DNA of 64,000 nucleotides, from NCBI GenBank assembly GCA_947627435.1, contig CANQWB010000002.1:16643-80642 (forward strand), given 5' to 3'. Made by a program: the position numbers and the translations under genes. The number at the start of each line of letters is the position of its first letter. Positions within the stretch are counted from its first letter, which is position 1. The DNA comes from an uncultured Bacilli bacterium. Its GTDB lineage: Bacteria > Bacillota_I > Bacilli_A > RF39 > UBA660. Shown in pieces: positions 8,155 to 18,430 of the stretch. Under the pieces are notes generated by a model. It saw only the letters and a program-made list of their open reading frames with translations, was not told the DNA's origin and made no database searches.

Positions 8155-9327
8155 ATGAAGAAAAAAGGTTTTACATTAGTAGAATTATTAGCGGTAATAG
8201 TCATTCTTGGAGTAATTTCATTAATTGTGTTTCCTACAGTAATGAATAGTATTCATAAATCGAAACAAAATTTATATAAAATTCAAGTACAAGATATTGA
8301 AAAAGCAGGAAAAAAATGGATAAATGAACATATGGAATATTTAGATGATTCTCATTTAAATACAATTGGTGTTTCGCTTTCTTCTTTAATAGAGTCCGGC
8401 TATTTACAAAAAAATGATATCTTGGATCCAAGAGATAAGAGTCGTATGAATGGTTGTGTGACAATTATTTATGATGATACTATATCACAATATCAATATC
8501 ATTATGTAGAATCTTCTTGTGCAGAAGCAGTTACCAATGGAATGATTTATTCATATGAAAATAATACATGGAATATGATTGAAAAAAATGTCCGTAAATT
8601 AGCTTCCAGTACCATTATTGCTCAATATGTTGACAATAATATATTAAAAGTAGATGGTCAAACTGATGATGGTTTTTACGATGAAGGAGATCGATACATT
8701 TATCGTGGTACTGATGTCAATAATTATGCCAAATTAAGTGGTGGAACGGAAACTTATCGTATACTAAGTATTGAAAAGACAACTGGTCATATTCGTCTTA
8801 TGGGAACCACTTCTATTCCTAATGTATGGGATAGTAATAATACAACAACATTTGAAAATGCCAGTGTCACAACGGTACAATTAGAAAGTTATTACAACAG
8901 TACTTCTAATGGCATCACAACCAATGCGTCTAAAATTGTAACAGATGCTTTATGGAATACAGGGAATATTGTAGAAGATAGTTCCTATTTGGTATTAAAA
9001 AATTTAGAAGCAGATAGAACTGCATATGGGAAAATTGGCTTACCTTCCATTAGTGATTATGTTGGAGCTTCTACAGAACCAACTTGTCATAGTTCTATTT
9101 TATCTGAATCATGTAAACAACATAATTATTTATCTGAATTATGGAAGGGAAAAAATAATTGGTTAATCAATACGGATGGAACATCCATTTGGTATGTGGA
9201 TGCAAATGGATCTTTAAACCGTTCTAATGCCAATACCATTTATAATATTTATCCTGTAATTGAAATTAAAAATGTATATATTGAAAATGGAATTGGAACT
9301 TCTGTTAGTCCTTATATTTTTAAATAA
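8155..9327 (+). CDS. prepilin-type N-terminal cleavage/methylation protein with a large C-terminal domain
   Basis: ATG 8155 gives MKKKG|FTLVELLAVIVILGVISLIVFP, a class III signal with Glu+5. A pilin-like head (..SGYLQKNDILDPRDK..GCV..) is followed by about 250 extra residues. Confidence 0.8.
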   Translation: MKKKGFTLVELLAVIVILGVISLIVFPTVMNSIHKSKQNLYKIQVQDIEKAGKKWINEHMEYLDDSHLNTIGVSLSSLIESGYLQKNDILDPRDKSRMNGCVTIIYDDTISQYQYHYVESSCAEAVTNGMIYSYENNTWNMIEKNVRKLASSTIIAQYVDNNILKVDGQTDDGFYDEGDRYIYRGTDVNNYAKLSGGTETYRILSIEKTTGHIRLMGTTSIPNVWDSNNTTTFENASVTTVQLESYYNSTSNGITTNASKIVTDALWNTGNIVEDSSYLVLKNLEADRTAYGKIGLPSISDYVGASTEPTCHSSILSESCKQHNYLSELWKGKNNWLINTDGTSIWYVDANGSLNRSNANTIYNIYPVIEIKNVYIENGIGTSVSPYIFK

Positions 9328-9334
9328 AAATGAG

Positions 9335-9358
9335 AAAAGTGTTCAATTGAACACTTTT
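9335..9358. terminator. bidirectional terminator (perfect 24-bp palindrome) between convergent pilin-like gene 3 and ftsW
   Basis: AAAAGTGTTCAATTGAACACTTTT with T/A runs on both sides. It overlaps the ftsW stop codon. Confidence 0.7.
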
Positions 9359-10445
9359 ATTTTTCGTATCTGCTGATATTCAACACAATTCCAATTTCTA
9401 GTAATGTAATCATTAAACTAGAACCCCCATAACTTAAAAATGGAAGTGTTACTCCTGTTACTGGAATAAGTCCAACAACCACCATTAAGTTCAACACAGC
9501 TTGAAATGCAATCTGAAATATAATTCCGAAAGCTAAATACTTTGCAAAATTGTCATTCGCTTTTCTGGCAATTTGAAATCCTTTTGCAATAATAAGCAAA
9601 AATAAACTACTTACAATTAATATACCCATAAATCCAAATTCTTCACTAATAATCGAAAATATAAAATCAGTTTGTGGTTCTGGTAGATAAAAATGTTTTT
9701 GTCTAGAATTTAAAAATCCGTATCCAAATAGACCTCCTGGGCCTATCGCATATAAAGATTGAATAATTTGAAATCCACTACCTAATGGGTCACTCCATGG
9801 GTTTAAAAACGACAAAATTCTTTTCAATCGATAAGGCGCCATTGCGATTAATCCGATAATTCCAAGTAGACCAATCATAGCAGTTTTCATAAAAAATTTA
9901 AAATTGACACCGGCAATAAAAAGTAATCCTATAATACTTATAACAATAATAACACCAGTTCCGAAGTCAGGTTGTAACATAATTAACCCAAATACAAATA
10001 ATACAATACTTAAGATAGGAAGAACTCCCTTTTTAATATTTTTTAAATATTTTTCATTTTTACATAAATATTTTGAAGTGAAAATAATAAGAGAAATTTT
10101 AGCAAATTCACTGGGTTGAATTCCAAATGATCCAATTCCAAACCAACTTCGACTCCCATTTCGAACAGTTCCAATTCCTGGAATAATAACAAGTATAAGT
10201 AAAATAAGACACGCAATTAAAATGAAATTTGCTTTTTCAAAATACACCCGATAATCAATTTTACTAACTAGATAAAGTAATATAATTCCAATGACAAAAA
10301 ATAACGTTTGGTGTTTTACAAAATGAAAAGCATCATTGAATTTATATGTTGCCCAAATATAGGAAGCAGAAAATATCATAATAATTCCAAAAATAGAAAT
10401 CGTGATGACTGAAAATAATAAAACGAGGTCTACTTGTTTTTTCAT
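9357..10445 (-). CDS. ftsW: SEDS-family peptidoglycan polymerase (FtsW/SpoVE type)
   Basis: Polytopic membrane protein with PSEFAKISLIIF, LPEPQTDFIFSIISEEFGF and LPFLSYGGSS. ATG at 10445 lies 1 nt after the mraY stop. Confidence 0.85.
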   Translation of the reverse strand: MKKQVDLVLLFSVITISIFGIIMIFSASYIWATYKFNDAFHFVKHQTLFFVIGIILLYLVSKIDYRVYFEKANFILIACLILLILVIIPGIGTVRNGSRSWFGIGSFGIQPSEFAKISLIIFTSKYLCKNEKYLKNIKKGVLPILSIVLFVFGLIMLQPDFGTGVIIVISIIGLLFIAGVNFKFFMKTAMIGLLGIIGLIAMAPYRLKRILSFLNPWSDPLGSGFQIIQSLYAIGPGGLFGYGFLNSRQKHFYLPEPQTDFIFSIISEEFGFMGILIVSSLFLLIIAKGFQIARKANDNFAKYLAFGIIFQIAFQAVLNLMVVVGLIPVTGVTLPFLSYGGSSLMITLLEIGIVLNISRYEK

Positions 10446-10446
10446 A

Positions 10447-11439
10447 TTAGAACCACACTCCATATATAATGGCAATCATAGATCCTAATAACCCAATAAT
10501 CCAAAATAATTTCACAATATCTTGTTCTTTCCAACCTAATTTTTCAAATGTATGATGAATTGGAGTCATTGGAAAAATCCGTTTATGAGTGAGTTTATAA
10601 TAAAAGCGCTGTATTAAACAAGTAGTCGTTTCTATAACAAACACAATTCCAATTACAATTAATAACAATTCATGTCTAGTTAAGATGGCGATAGTACCTA
10701 AAGTTGCACCTAATGTTAGAGAACCCGTATCTCCCATAAAGACTTTAGCAGGTTTTACATTAAAAATTAAAAATCCTAAAATACTACCTAATAGAACAAA
10801 ACAGAAAATGGCAATAGCTTCATAGCCTTCTAACCATCCGGTTGCCCATGTAATAATACCAAAAGTACCAAATGCGATGGCAGAAAGTCCACCCGCAAGC
10901 CCATCTAGTCCATCTGTAATATTAACGGCATTTGAACTTGCAACTAAGACAAATAGAATAAATAATCCATAAAACCAACCAATGTCCCATTTAATTCTTA
11001 AACTGTGAATCCATAGAAGAGGCTCATTGTTTGCTAACATAAAAAGGTAAAAAAAGAGAATGGCTATCATAATTTGAAACAATAATTTTTGGTTTTCTGA
11101 CAATCCTTTGTTATTATGTTTCAATATAATTAATAAATCATCCGCAAATCCAATCAATGCATATCCTAGAAAAGTAATTAAAACGATTCCTAGATTATAA
11201 GAAAAGGTAATTTTGTGAGATAAATATAAAAGTAACATAATTATAAGAGATGGCAAAATGAAAATAATTCCACCCATTGTTGGGGTTCCTGTTTTTTCTT
11301 TGTGTTGTTCATTTAAATAAATACTGAGTGATTGTGAAGCTTTCAATTTATGTAATATTGGAATTACAAGATAGGCAAAACAAATAGAAAAAATAAATCC
11401 AATCATCATCGCTAAAACAGATTTTGTTAATAATAACAT
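10447..11439 (-). CDS. mraY: phospho-N-acetylmuramoyl-pentapeptide transferase MraY
   Basis: GTPTMGGIIF, NAVNITDGLDGLA and FMGDTGSLTLG motifs; 10 TM-like segments. Confidence 0.9.
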   Translation of the reverse strand: MLLLTKSVLAMMIGFIFSICFAYLVIPILHKLKASQSLSIYLNEQHKEKTGTPTMGGIIFILPSLIIMLLLYLSHKITFSYNLGIVLITFLGYALIGFADDLLIILKHNNKGLSENQKLLFQIMIAILFFYLFMLANNEPLLWIHSLRIKWDIGWFYGLFILFVLVASSNAVNITDGLDGLAGGLSAIAFGTFGIITWATGWLEGYEAIAIFCFVLLGSILGFLIFNVKPAKVFMGDTGSLTLGATLGTIAILTRHELLLIVIGIVFVIETTTCLIQRFYYKLTHKRIFPMTPIHHTFEKLGWKEQDIVKLFWIIGLLGSMIAIIYGVWF

Positions 11440-11448
11440 AATTCACCT

Positions 11449-13356
11449 CTATTCTTGCAGTAACAGTCGTACTGTTTCTCCTTCAAAGATTCTTGCACCT
11501 GCACTAGGAGATTGATATTTTACTGTATCTCCTGAACCGGTATATTCTACTTTAAATTGTTTTAGTGTTGTCATGGCTTCATTGATGGTCATTCCAGTTA
11601 CATCGGGAACATTTGCATATTTTTTCTCATAATATTGATAATTTTTTTCACTGCTACCTTCTGGTTTTTCAATATGTAAAATATCAATAGCCGAAAGTAA
11701 CACGTTACGAGCAATCGGTGCTGCAACAGTTCCTCCATATTGTGTAATTCCTTTTGCATTATCAATCGCAATATAAACGACAATTTTAGGATCATTGGCT
11801 GGCATAATTCCCATAAAAGAAGTAATATAATTTCCAACCATGTAGACACCATCTTTTACCTTTTGTGCTGTCCCTGTTTTTCCTCCAACTCGGTATCCAT
11901 CTATAAAGGCATTTCTACCACTACCATTGGTAACTACACTTTCTAAAGCGTAACGTACTAGTTGACTCGTTTCGTCGCTAATCACTTTACGTTTTGTTTG
12001 CTTGTCAAATTGTTTTACAATTGTATTGGTTTCTGGTTCGTTTAAACTTTTTACAATATAAGGAGTATTTAAGTAACCACCATTAATAGCAGCTGAAATA
12101 GCAGTAATTTGTTGAATAGGAGTGACAGAAACGCCTTGACCAAAAGCAGTTGTTGCGAGTTCTACAGGACCGACACGATCTAATGAAAACAAAATACCAG
12201 AGCTTTCACCATTTAAATCAATTCCTGTCTTTGTTCCAAATCCAAAATTATGAATATACTGAAATAGTGTTTCTTTTCCAATTTTTTGTCCAAGTGCAAC
12301 AAATCCAGGATTGCACGAATTTTCTACAACTTGTAAAAATGTTTGTGAACCATGACCTCCATGCTTCCAACAGCGAATTCTTGCATTTTCAACTGCTATA
12401 CTACCACTATCAAAATAGGTATCTTTTTCTAAATCTACTAGTTTTTCTTCTAAAGCCGTTGCGAGCGTAATGACTTTAAAAGTAGATCCTGGTTCATATG
12501 TTGCCCATATAGGTAAATTTCGGTTGATTTCTTCTATGGTATAATCCTGATAATGACTAGGGGAGAAATTGGGTCGGGATGAAATAGCCAAAATTTCACC
12601 AGTATTAGGATCCATGGCAATTCCAAGTGCTTGCTCTGGTTGATATTTTAAAATAGCATTGTCTAATTCTCTTTCTAAAACGGTTTGAAGTTCATAATTG
12701 ATCGTTAATGTAATATTAATTCCATCTTGTGGTTCTTCATAGATTTCAGTTAATTCTAATTTATTTCCTTTTGCATCAGATAAGTATTTAATGGCTCCAT
12801 ATTCGCCGGTTAAATAATCATTATACATTAATTCTAAGCCACTTAAACCTTGATTGTCTATTCCTACAAATCCTAATGTATGCGACATCAATGTATCATA
12901 TGGATAATATCGTTGTGATTCTTTTACTAAATAGACACCATCTAGCTTCAAGGCATTAATTTGATCAGCAATATCATAAGATAGTCTTCTACCTTCTGGA
13001 TGAACTCGTTCGATTGAAGTTTTTTTACTGACATGTGCATACATAGTTTCATAACTAACATTTAAAATCTCACTTATTTTTTTAGCAGTTGTTTCTTTAT
13101 CTTTAATTTGATTGGGAATCAAAACCAGTGAAGTAGTTGTTTTATTATCAGCAAGTACAATACCGTTTCGATCAAAAATTTTTCCACGATTTGCTTCAAT
13201 GGGTAAATTTCGACTCCATAGACTAGAGGCTAAAGAATTGAGTTTATTATAATCGATTACTTGTGTATAAAAAACTTTTCCAATGATGAGCACAAATAAT
13301 AAGAAAAGCCCTAGTAATACAATTTTAATACGGGTATGAATACCTTTTGAAAACAT
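11449..13356 (-). CDS. spoVD: class B penicillin-binding protein, SpoVD-like (one PASTA domain)
   Basis: STFK (PGSTFKVI), SCN (NSCNPG) and KTGT (GGKTGTAQ) motifs, with a C-terminal PASTA domain. ATG 13356 has RBS AGAGG, so the track start 13395 is less likely. Confidence 0.8.
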   Translation of the reverse strand: MFSKGIHTRIKIVLLGLFLLFVLIIGKVFYTQVIDYNKLNSLASSLWSRNLPIEANRGKIFDRNGIVLADNKTTTSLVLIPNQIKDKETTAKKISEILNVSYETMYAHVSKKTSIERVHPEGRRLSYDIADQINALKLDGVYLVKESQRYYPYDTLMSHTLGFVGIDNQGLSGLELMYNDYLTGEYGAIKYLSDAKGNKLELTEIYEEPQDGINITLTINYELQTVLERELDNAILKYQPEQALGIAMDPNTGEILAISSRPNFSPSHYQDYTIEEINRNLPIWATYEPGSTFKVITLATALEEKLVDLEKDTYFDSGSIAVENARIRCWKHGGHGSQTFLQVVENSCNPGFVALGQKIGKETLFQYIHNFGFGTKTGIDLNGESSGILFSLDRVGPVELATTAFGQGVSVTPIQQITAISAAINGGYLNTPYIVKSLNEPETNTIVKQFDKQTKRKVISDETSQLVRYALESVVTNGSGRNAFIDGYRVGGKTGTAQKVKDGVYMVGNYITSFMGIMPANDPKIVVYIAIDNAKGITQYGGTVAAPIARNVLLSAIDILHIEKPEGSSEKNYQYYEKKYANVPDVTGMTINEAMTTLKQFKVEYTGSGDTVKYQSPSAGARIFEGETVRLLLQE

Positions 13357-13405
13357 GTATATCGCCTCTAGGTAACTATATGTACAACCTATCAAAAAAA
13401 GAACT

Positions 13406-15013
13406 CTAATAGAGTCCTTTGATCATTCCTTTTTCATCAATATTCATTTGTAAGTAAGCAGGTTCTTTTGGCAACCCTGGCATTGTCATAATGTTACCAA
13501 GATATACAATAATAAAACCAGCACCCGCAGCAACTTTGATATTAGTAACTTGAATTGTATGGTTTTTTGGATAACCTAAATCTTGCGGATTGTCACTGAT
13601 TGCATACTGTGTTTTAGCAATACAAATGGGTAAATTACAAAATCCATTTGCTTCTAGTTGTTTGATTTTTTGCATGACCTTTTCATTCATTTTTATTTCT
13701 TTAGCATGATAAAATTCTTTTAAAATAATATTCATTTTATGTTCAATAGAAGTTTCTAAAACATAAGGAAGACTTACCTTATTTTCATACGCTAATGCAT
13801 CTAGTACTTTTTGTGCAAGTTCGGTTGCACCTGCACTTCCTTTCAAATAGGCATTACAGATAGAAAATGGTAGATTTTGTTTTTCAACATATTGTTTTAC
13901 ATATGCAATATCTTCTTCAGTATCCTCGATAAATTGATTCAAACAAATCAGAAGATTAGAGTTTAATTTTTGCATCATATCGATATGTGCCTGTAAGTTA
14001 CAAATACCTGTATCCAATCGACCATTGCCGTTATATTTTAAAGAACGAATAGTGGTATTGATAATAATTAAATTAGGCATACGTTTCATTTTACGTGATT
14101 TGATATCTATGAATTTAAATGCACCCAAATCAGAACCAAATCCTGCCTCGGTTACAACATAGTCAGCTAAAGAAAGAGCCATACGTGTTGCAATAATCGA
14201 ATTGCATCCATGAGCAATATTCGCAAACGGACCACCATGAATCAAAATTGGGTTATGTTCTAGGCTTTGTACTAAATTGGGCTTGATTGCATCTTTGAGT
14301 AGAATAGTAAGAGCTTCTTCGCCATGTAAATCCGATACATAAAGTGGTTTTCCATCCATATCGTATGCGATTAAGATATGTGCTAAATTTTGTTTTAAAT
14401 CCATTAAATTTTCAGATAGACATAAAATTGCCATAATTTCTGATGCTGTTGAAATGACAAAAGAATCATCTCTTTCGTTTTTTCCATTGATGTGAATGGA
14501 ACGTAAAGCACGGTCATTTATATCTAAAGCACGTGTTACTTGAATGGTATTTGGATCTATTTTTAATGCATTGCCTTGAAAGATATGATTGTCAATCATA
14601 GCACATAATAAGTTATTACAAGCAGTAACAGCATGAATATCTCCAGTAAAATGTAAATTGATATCATCCATTGGAATCGCTTGTGCATATCTGCCACCTG
14701 TAGCACCACCTTTGATTCCAAAAACAGGCCCTAAAGATGGTTCACGAAGGGTGGCAATACTATTTTTTCCCAAACGACATAAAGCATCATTGAGTCCAAT
14801 TGTAATAGTGGTTTTTCCTTCACCATATGGAGTAGGGTTGGTGGAAGTTACAAGAATCAATTTCCCATTTTTATGATTGGTACAATCTAAGGAAAGTTTT
14901 GCTTTATTCTTTCCATAACATTCTAATTTATTTTCTAAAATTCCTAATTTTTCTGCAATTTTTGTAATTGGAATCATTTCTGTTTCATTTGCAATTTCAA
15001 TATCTGTTTTCAT
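13406..15013 (-). CDS. fhs: formate--tetrahydrofolate ligase
   Basis: TPYGEGKTTITIGL and EPSLGPVFGIKGGATGG motifs, with full-length resemblance to Fhs. Confidence 0.9.
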   Translation of the reverse strand: MKTDIEIANETEMIPITKIAEKLGILENKLECYGKNKAKLSLDCTNHKNGKLILVTSTNPTPYGEGKTTITIGLNDALCRLGKNSIATLREPSLGPVFGIKGGATGGRYAQAIPMDDINLHFTGDIHAVTACNNLLCAMIDNHIFQGNALKIDPNTIQVTRALDINDRALRSIHINGKNERDDSFVISTASEIMAILCLSENLMDLKQNLAHILIAYDMDGKPLYVSDLHGEEALTILLKDAIKPNLVQSLEHNPILIHGGPFANIAHGCNSIIATRMALSLADYVVTEAGFGSDLGAFKFIDIKSRKMKRMPNLIIINTTIRSLKYNGNGRLDTGICNLQAHIDMMQKLNSNLLICLNQFIEDTEEDIAYVKQYVEKQNLPFSICNAYLKGSAGATELAQKVLDALAYENKVSLPYVLETSIEHKMNIILKEFYHAKEIKMNEKVMQKIKQLEANGFCNLPICIAKTQYAISDNPQDLGYPKNHTIQVTNIKVAAGAGFIIVYLGNIMTMPGLPKEPAYLQMNIDEKGMIKGLY

Positions 15014-15107
15014 GTAATCACCTAACTCATTATATCACGAATTATTTGAAAATAGAAATGCAATACATGAATCCAATTAGATAGAACATACTAATTAGGG
15101 TGATAAA

Positions 15108-15890
15108 ATGGAAACAATTTTATTTACAGGAGCAAGAAGTGGAATTCAAGCAGCAGTAATCGAAAAAATAAAGAAGAATTATCAAATATATGTAACGGTT
15201 CATAATGAAAAACAATTAGAGCTAGTAAATGCATATTATCAAAATGATGCCAATATTCATTGCTTCAAATTAGATGTAACGAATCCAAATGACCTAGAGC
15301 AATTAAAAAAGTTAGATATCGATATTTTAGTTAGTAATGCTGCCATTGGAGAGGGTGGTAGTATGGCCGAAATTCCTATCCATTTAGTTCGTTCTAACTT
15401 TGAAGTAAATGTATTTTCTTATTTTCAAGTGATTCAGGTGGTTTTAGAAAAAATGATAGAAAAGAAAAAAGGTAAAATTATCAATATGGCTTCTTTAGCA
15501 GGTCTTATTCCTATACCATACTTAGGTAGTTATTGTGCTACGAAAGCTAGTATCATTAAAATGACGGAAGCCTTAAGAATGGAATTAAAAGATATTGATA
15601 CTAATATTCAAATATGTTTGGTAGAACCAGGATTATATCATACTGGATTTAATCAAGTAATGTTAGAAAATAAATATACATGGATGGAACAAGAATCGTA
15701 TTTTCAAAATGTAATTGAAAAAATTAGAAAAAGAGAAAATCAAATTTGTCAATTTTTAGAACATTATGAATTAAAGTCCATTGTCAAGCAGATCACAAAC
15801 GCCATTCAAAGCAAACACATGAAACGAATTTATCGTGCACCAATTCTACAAGTAATGGGTGCCAAATTATATTTATTATTGATGGAATAA
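15108..15890 (+). CDS. short-chain dehydrogenase/reductase (SDR) family oxidoreductase
   Basis: N-terminal TGARSGIQ nucleotide-binding motif, NAAIG, and the catalytic YCATKAS (YxxxK). Confidence 0.8.
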   Translation: METILFTGARSGIQAAVIEKIKKNYQIYVTVHNEKQLELVNAYYQNDANIHCFKLDVTNPNDLEQLKKLDIDILVSNAAIGEGGSMAEIPIHLVRSNFEVNVFSYFQVIQVVLEKMIEKKKGKIINMASLAGLIPIPYLGSYCATKASIIKMTEALRMELKDIDTNIQICLVEPGLYHTGFNQVMLENKYTWMEQESYFQNVIEKIRKRENQICQFLEHYELKSIVKQITNAIQSKHMKRIYRAPILQVMGAKLYLLLME

Positions 15891-16006
15891 ACTTTTGTTT
15901 ATTCTTTTTCATTTTTATTACAGAATACCTTACTGTCATATTAGAAATTTCCGCATTTCAAAATGAATCATATCTGTGTTATAATAAATAAATACAGGTG
16001 ATCAGG

Positions 16007-16399
16007 ATGAAAGTAATAACAATAAAACAACCATGGGCAACATTAATAGCAAAAGGTTATAAAGAATATGAATTTAGAACCTGGAAAACTAAATATCGTG
16101 GAGATATATTAATACATGCAGGTAAGGGAATTGATAAAAAAGCAATGGAACGATTTCAATATTTAAATTTAGTATATCCGGTTGGCAAAATAATTGCCAA
16201 AGCAACTATTACAGATTGTATATATGTTGATGAAGAATTTGCACAAAAATTGTATAAAAAAGATCCAATTGTATATAAAAGTTTAATAAATAATGACGAT
16301 TGGTCTGGATATGGATTTAAATTGGAGAATGTGAAAGAAGTAAATCCTATTGAAGTAAATGGAAAATTAAGTCTATGGGACTATGATTATGAAAAATAA
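16007..16399 (+). CDS. ASCH domain protein
   Basis: MKVITIKQPWATLIAKGYKEYEFRTWKTKYRGDILIHAGK is a typical ASCH/PUA-like N-terminus. AGGTGA RBS then ATG 16007. Confidence 0.6.
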   Translation: MKVITIKQPWATLIAKGYKEYEFRTWKTKYRGDILIHAGKGIDKKAMERFQYLNLVYPVGKIIAKATITDCIYVDEEFAQKLYKKDPIVYKSLINNDDWSGYGFKLENVKEVNPIEVNGKLSLWDYDYEK

Positions 16400-16528
16400 T
16401 CTTCCACTTTTTTTTTTAAAAGGCTAAAACTAAAAATTGATAAAAATACCTTAAATTTTGTTAAATTTATGTGAGAAATTGAAAAGGTGATTACGACAAT
16501 TAAATTTATAATAATAAGAAGAAGGTAG

Positions 16529-17409
16529 GTGTTAATTTTGAAGAATAAATTAGAAACCATTTCAAATCTTTTTGAAGGTAATGAAATAAGAAGTATATGG
16601 GATAGTGAGAAAGAAGAATATTATTTTAGTGTTGTTGATGTTATAACTGCATTAACTGACAGTAGTGATGCTAGAAAATATTGGTCAGTATTAAAGTTAA
16701 GATTGAAAAAAGAAGGATCTGAGTTGACTACATTTTGTAGTCAACTGAAATTAAAAGCAAAAGATGGAAAATTATATAACACTGTGTATTAGATACTAAG
16801 GGAATTTTAAGGTTAATTGAATCAGTTCCATCAAATAAAGCAGAACCATTTAAACTATGGCTTGCAAATTTAGGAAGTGAAAGAATTGATGAAGTATTTG
16901 ATCCTGAAATTGCAGTGAATAGAGCAGTAGAATATTATCGTAAAAAAGGATATAATGATGAATGGATAAAGATGAGATTAAATGGAATAGTAGATAGATT
17001 TAAACTTACTGATATTTGGAAAGAAGGAGGGATTACTAAACCATTAGAATATGCACTTTTAACAAATGAAATATATAAAGGTTGGTCAGATATGACTGCT
17101 TCTGAATATAAAAAATTAAAAGGTCTTAGAAAAGAATCTTTAAGAGATAATATGACTGACATTGAAGTTGCTCTAACAAATATTGGTGAAATAGCAACAA
17201 GAGATATTGCAAGAGAAGAACATCCACAAGGATTAAAAGAAAATTTAAATGTAGCAAAACGTGGTGGAGGAGTTGCCAAGGGTGCAAAAGACTTATATGA
17301 AAAGGAAACTAAAAAATCAGCTATATCTCAAAGGAATAGATTAAATTATAAATATATAGATGAAAAATTAATAGAAGAAAAAAAGGAAAAAAGTTCAAAT
17401 GAAGGATAA
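16529..17409 (+). pseudogene. Bro-N domain protein (phage antirepressor-like), disrupted by a frameshift near 16777-16792
   Basis: ORF 16529..16792 ends ..KDGKLYNTVY*. The family sequence continues in another frame from 16786 (VLDTKGILRLIESVPSNKAEPFKLWLANLGSERIDEVFDPE..) into ORF 16915..17409. Confidence 0.7.
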
Positions 17410-17454
17410 ATATGATTTAAAAGAATTAGAAAAAAACTTAAGTATTGTAAAAAT

Positions 17455-17676
17455 ATGAAACTAGAAGATGTAATTTTAGATGATGTGGATGAAATAAGTT
17501 CTATAAAAATAGATATAAGAAAATCAAGTAATGAAAAAATATTAGATTTTATTATGAAAGTAAAGAATCCTTATATATTTAAGGTAAATGAGAAATTAGT
17601 TAAAATTAGTTTTTCTGATACAGATAAAACCGCAGAAGATTGTTTAACTAGAGTTTTAATGAATTTATATAGATAA
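17455..17676 (+). CDS. small hypothetical protein (resembles the DUF6870 family seen on Firmicute mobile elements)
   Basis: 73 aa. ..ILDFIMKVKNPYIFKVNEKLVKISFSDTDKTAEDCL.. recalls the DUF6870 pattern (from memory). Confidence 0.45.
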   Translation: MKLEDVILDDVDEISSIKIDIRKSSNEKILDFIMKVKNPYIFKVNEKLVKISFSDTDKTAEDCLTRVLMNLYR

Positions 17677-17702
17677 GTAATATAAACAAAGGATGTGATA
17701 AT

Positions 17703-18395
17703 ATGTCAAAATATAATATTTCAGGTATGAATGAAAATACGTATCAATTGTTATATGGTAGTGAAAAATCTGAAGTTAATATTTCCGATAAAAATGTTAA
17801 AATGCTAATGACAATAGATACATTTACAAAAATATTTCATAAAAAGTTTTTAGATAGAATGATAGAATTAAATAAAATTAAAAAAATTGATATTAATTTG
17901 GATAATATTAAATATAACGATGATAAAAATATGTATGAATATATTGAAGGTGATTCAAGTGTTTCTTTTAAAATATTTTCAGATCAAATATTAGAAGCTC
18001 CCAAAGGGACTATTAAAGAATTAGAATCAGATAAAAGAAAAGGAAAATGCCATCAGAGAACTATGGAAATAGCATTATCATTTGAAAACTCTAAAATATT
18101 AACTGGTATTATTCATTTTGGAAATCATAAAGCATTACATTCTGTTTTATTAACTAGTGATGGGAACATCATTGATTGGACTAGAAATATGATCACTGAT
18201 AAAGACACTTTTTATAAAATGTATGATTTTATTTTAATAAATGAAGTTGATCCATTAAATTTAGATGATGATATAAAACTTTTAAGTCAATTAGATATAG
18301 ATGGTAAAGTATATTTAACTTTTAGAGATGAATTAATGAGAGATATAGAATTAAATAAGGACGTCTTTAATAGTGAATCCAATAAGAAAAGATAG
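17703..18395 (+). CDS. hypothetical protein
   Basis: 230-aa ORF with RBS AAGGATG upstream. I recognise no family. See the finding on a possible Cys/His/Asp arrangement. Confidence 0.55.
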   Translation: MSKYNISGMNENTYQLLYGSEKSEVNISDKNVKMLMTIDTFTKIFHKKFLDRMIELNKIKKIDINLDNIKYNDDKNMYEYIEGDSSVSFKIFSDQILEAPKGTIKELESDKRKGKCHQRTMEIALSFENSKILTGIIHFGNHKALHSVLLTSDGNIIDWTRNMITDKDTFYKMYDFILINEVDPLNLDDDIKLLSQLDIDGKVYLTFRDELMRDIELNKDVFNSESNKKR

Positions 18396-18430
18396 CCTAA
18401 GAAATTAAAAACTAATATAACAATATAAAA

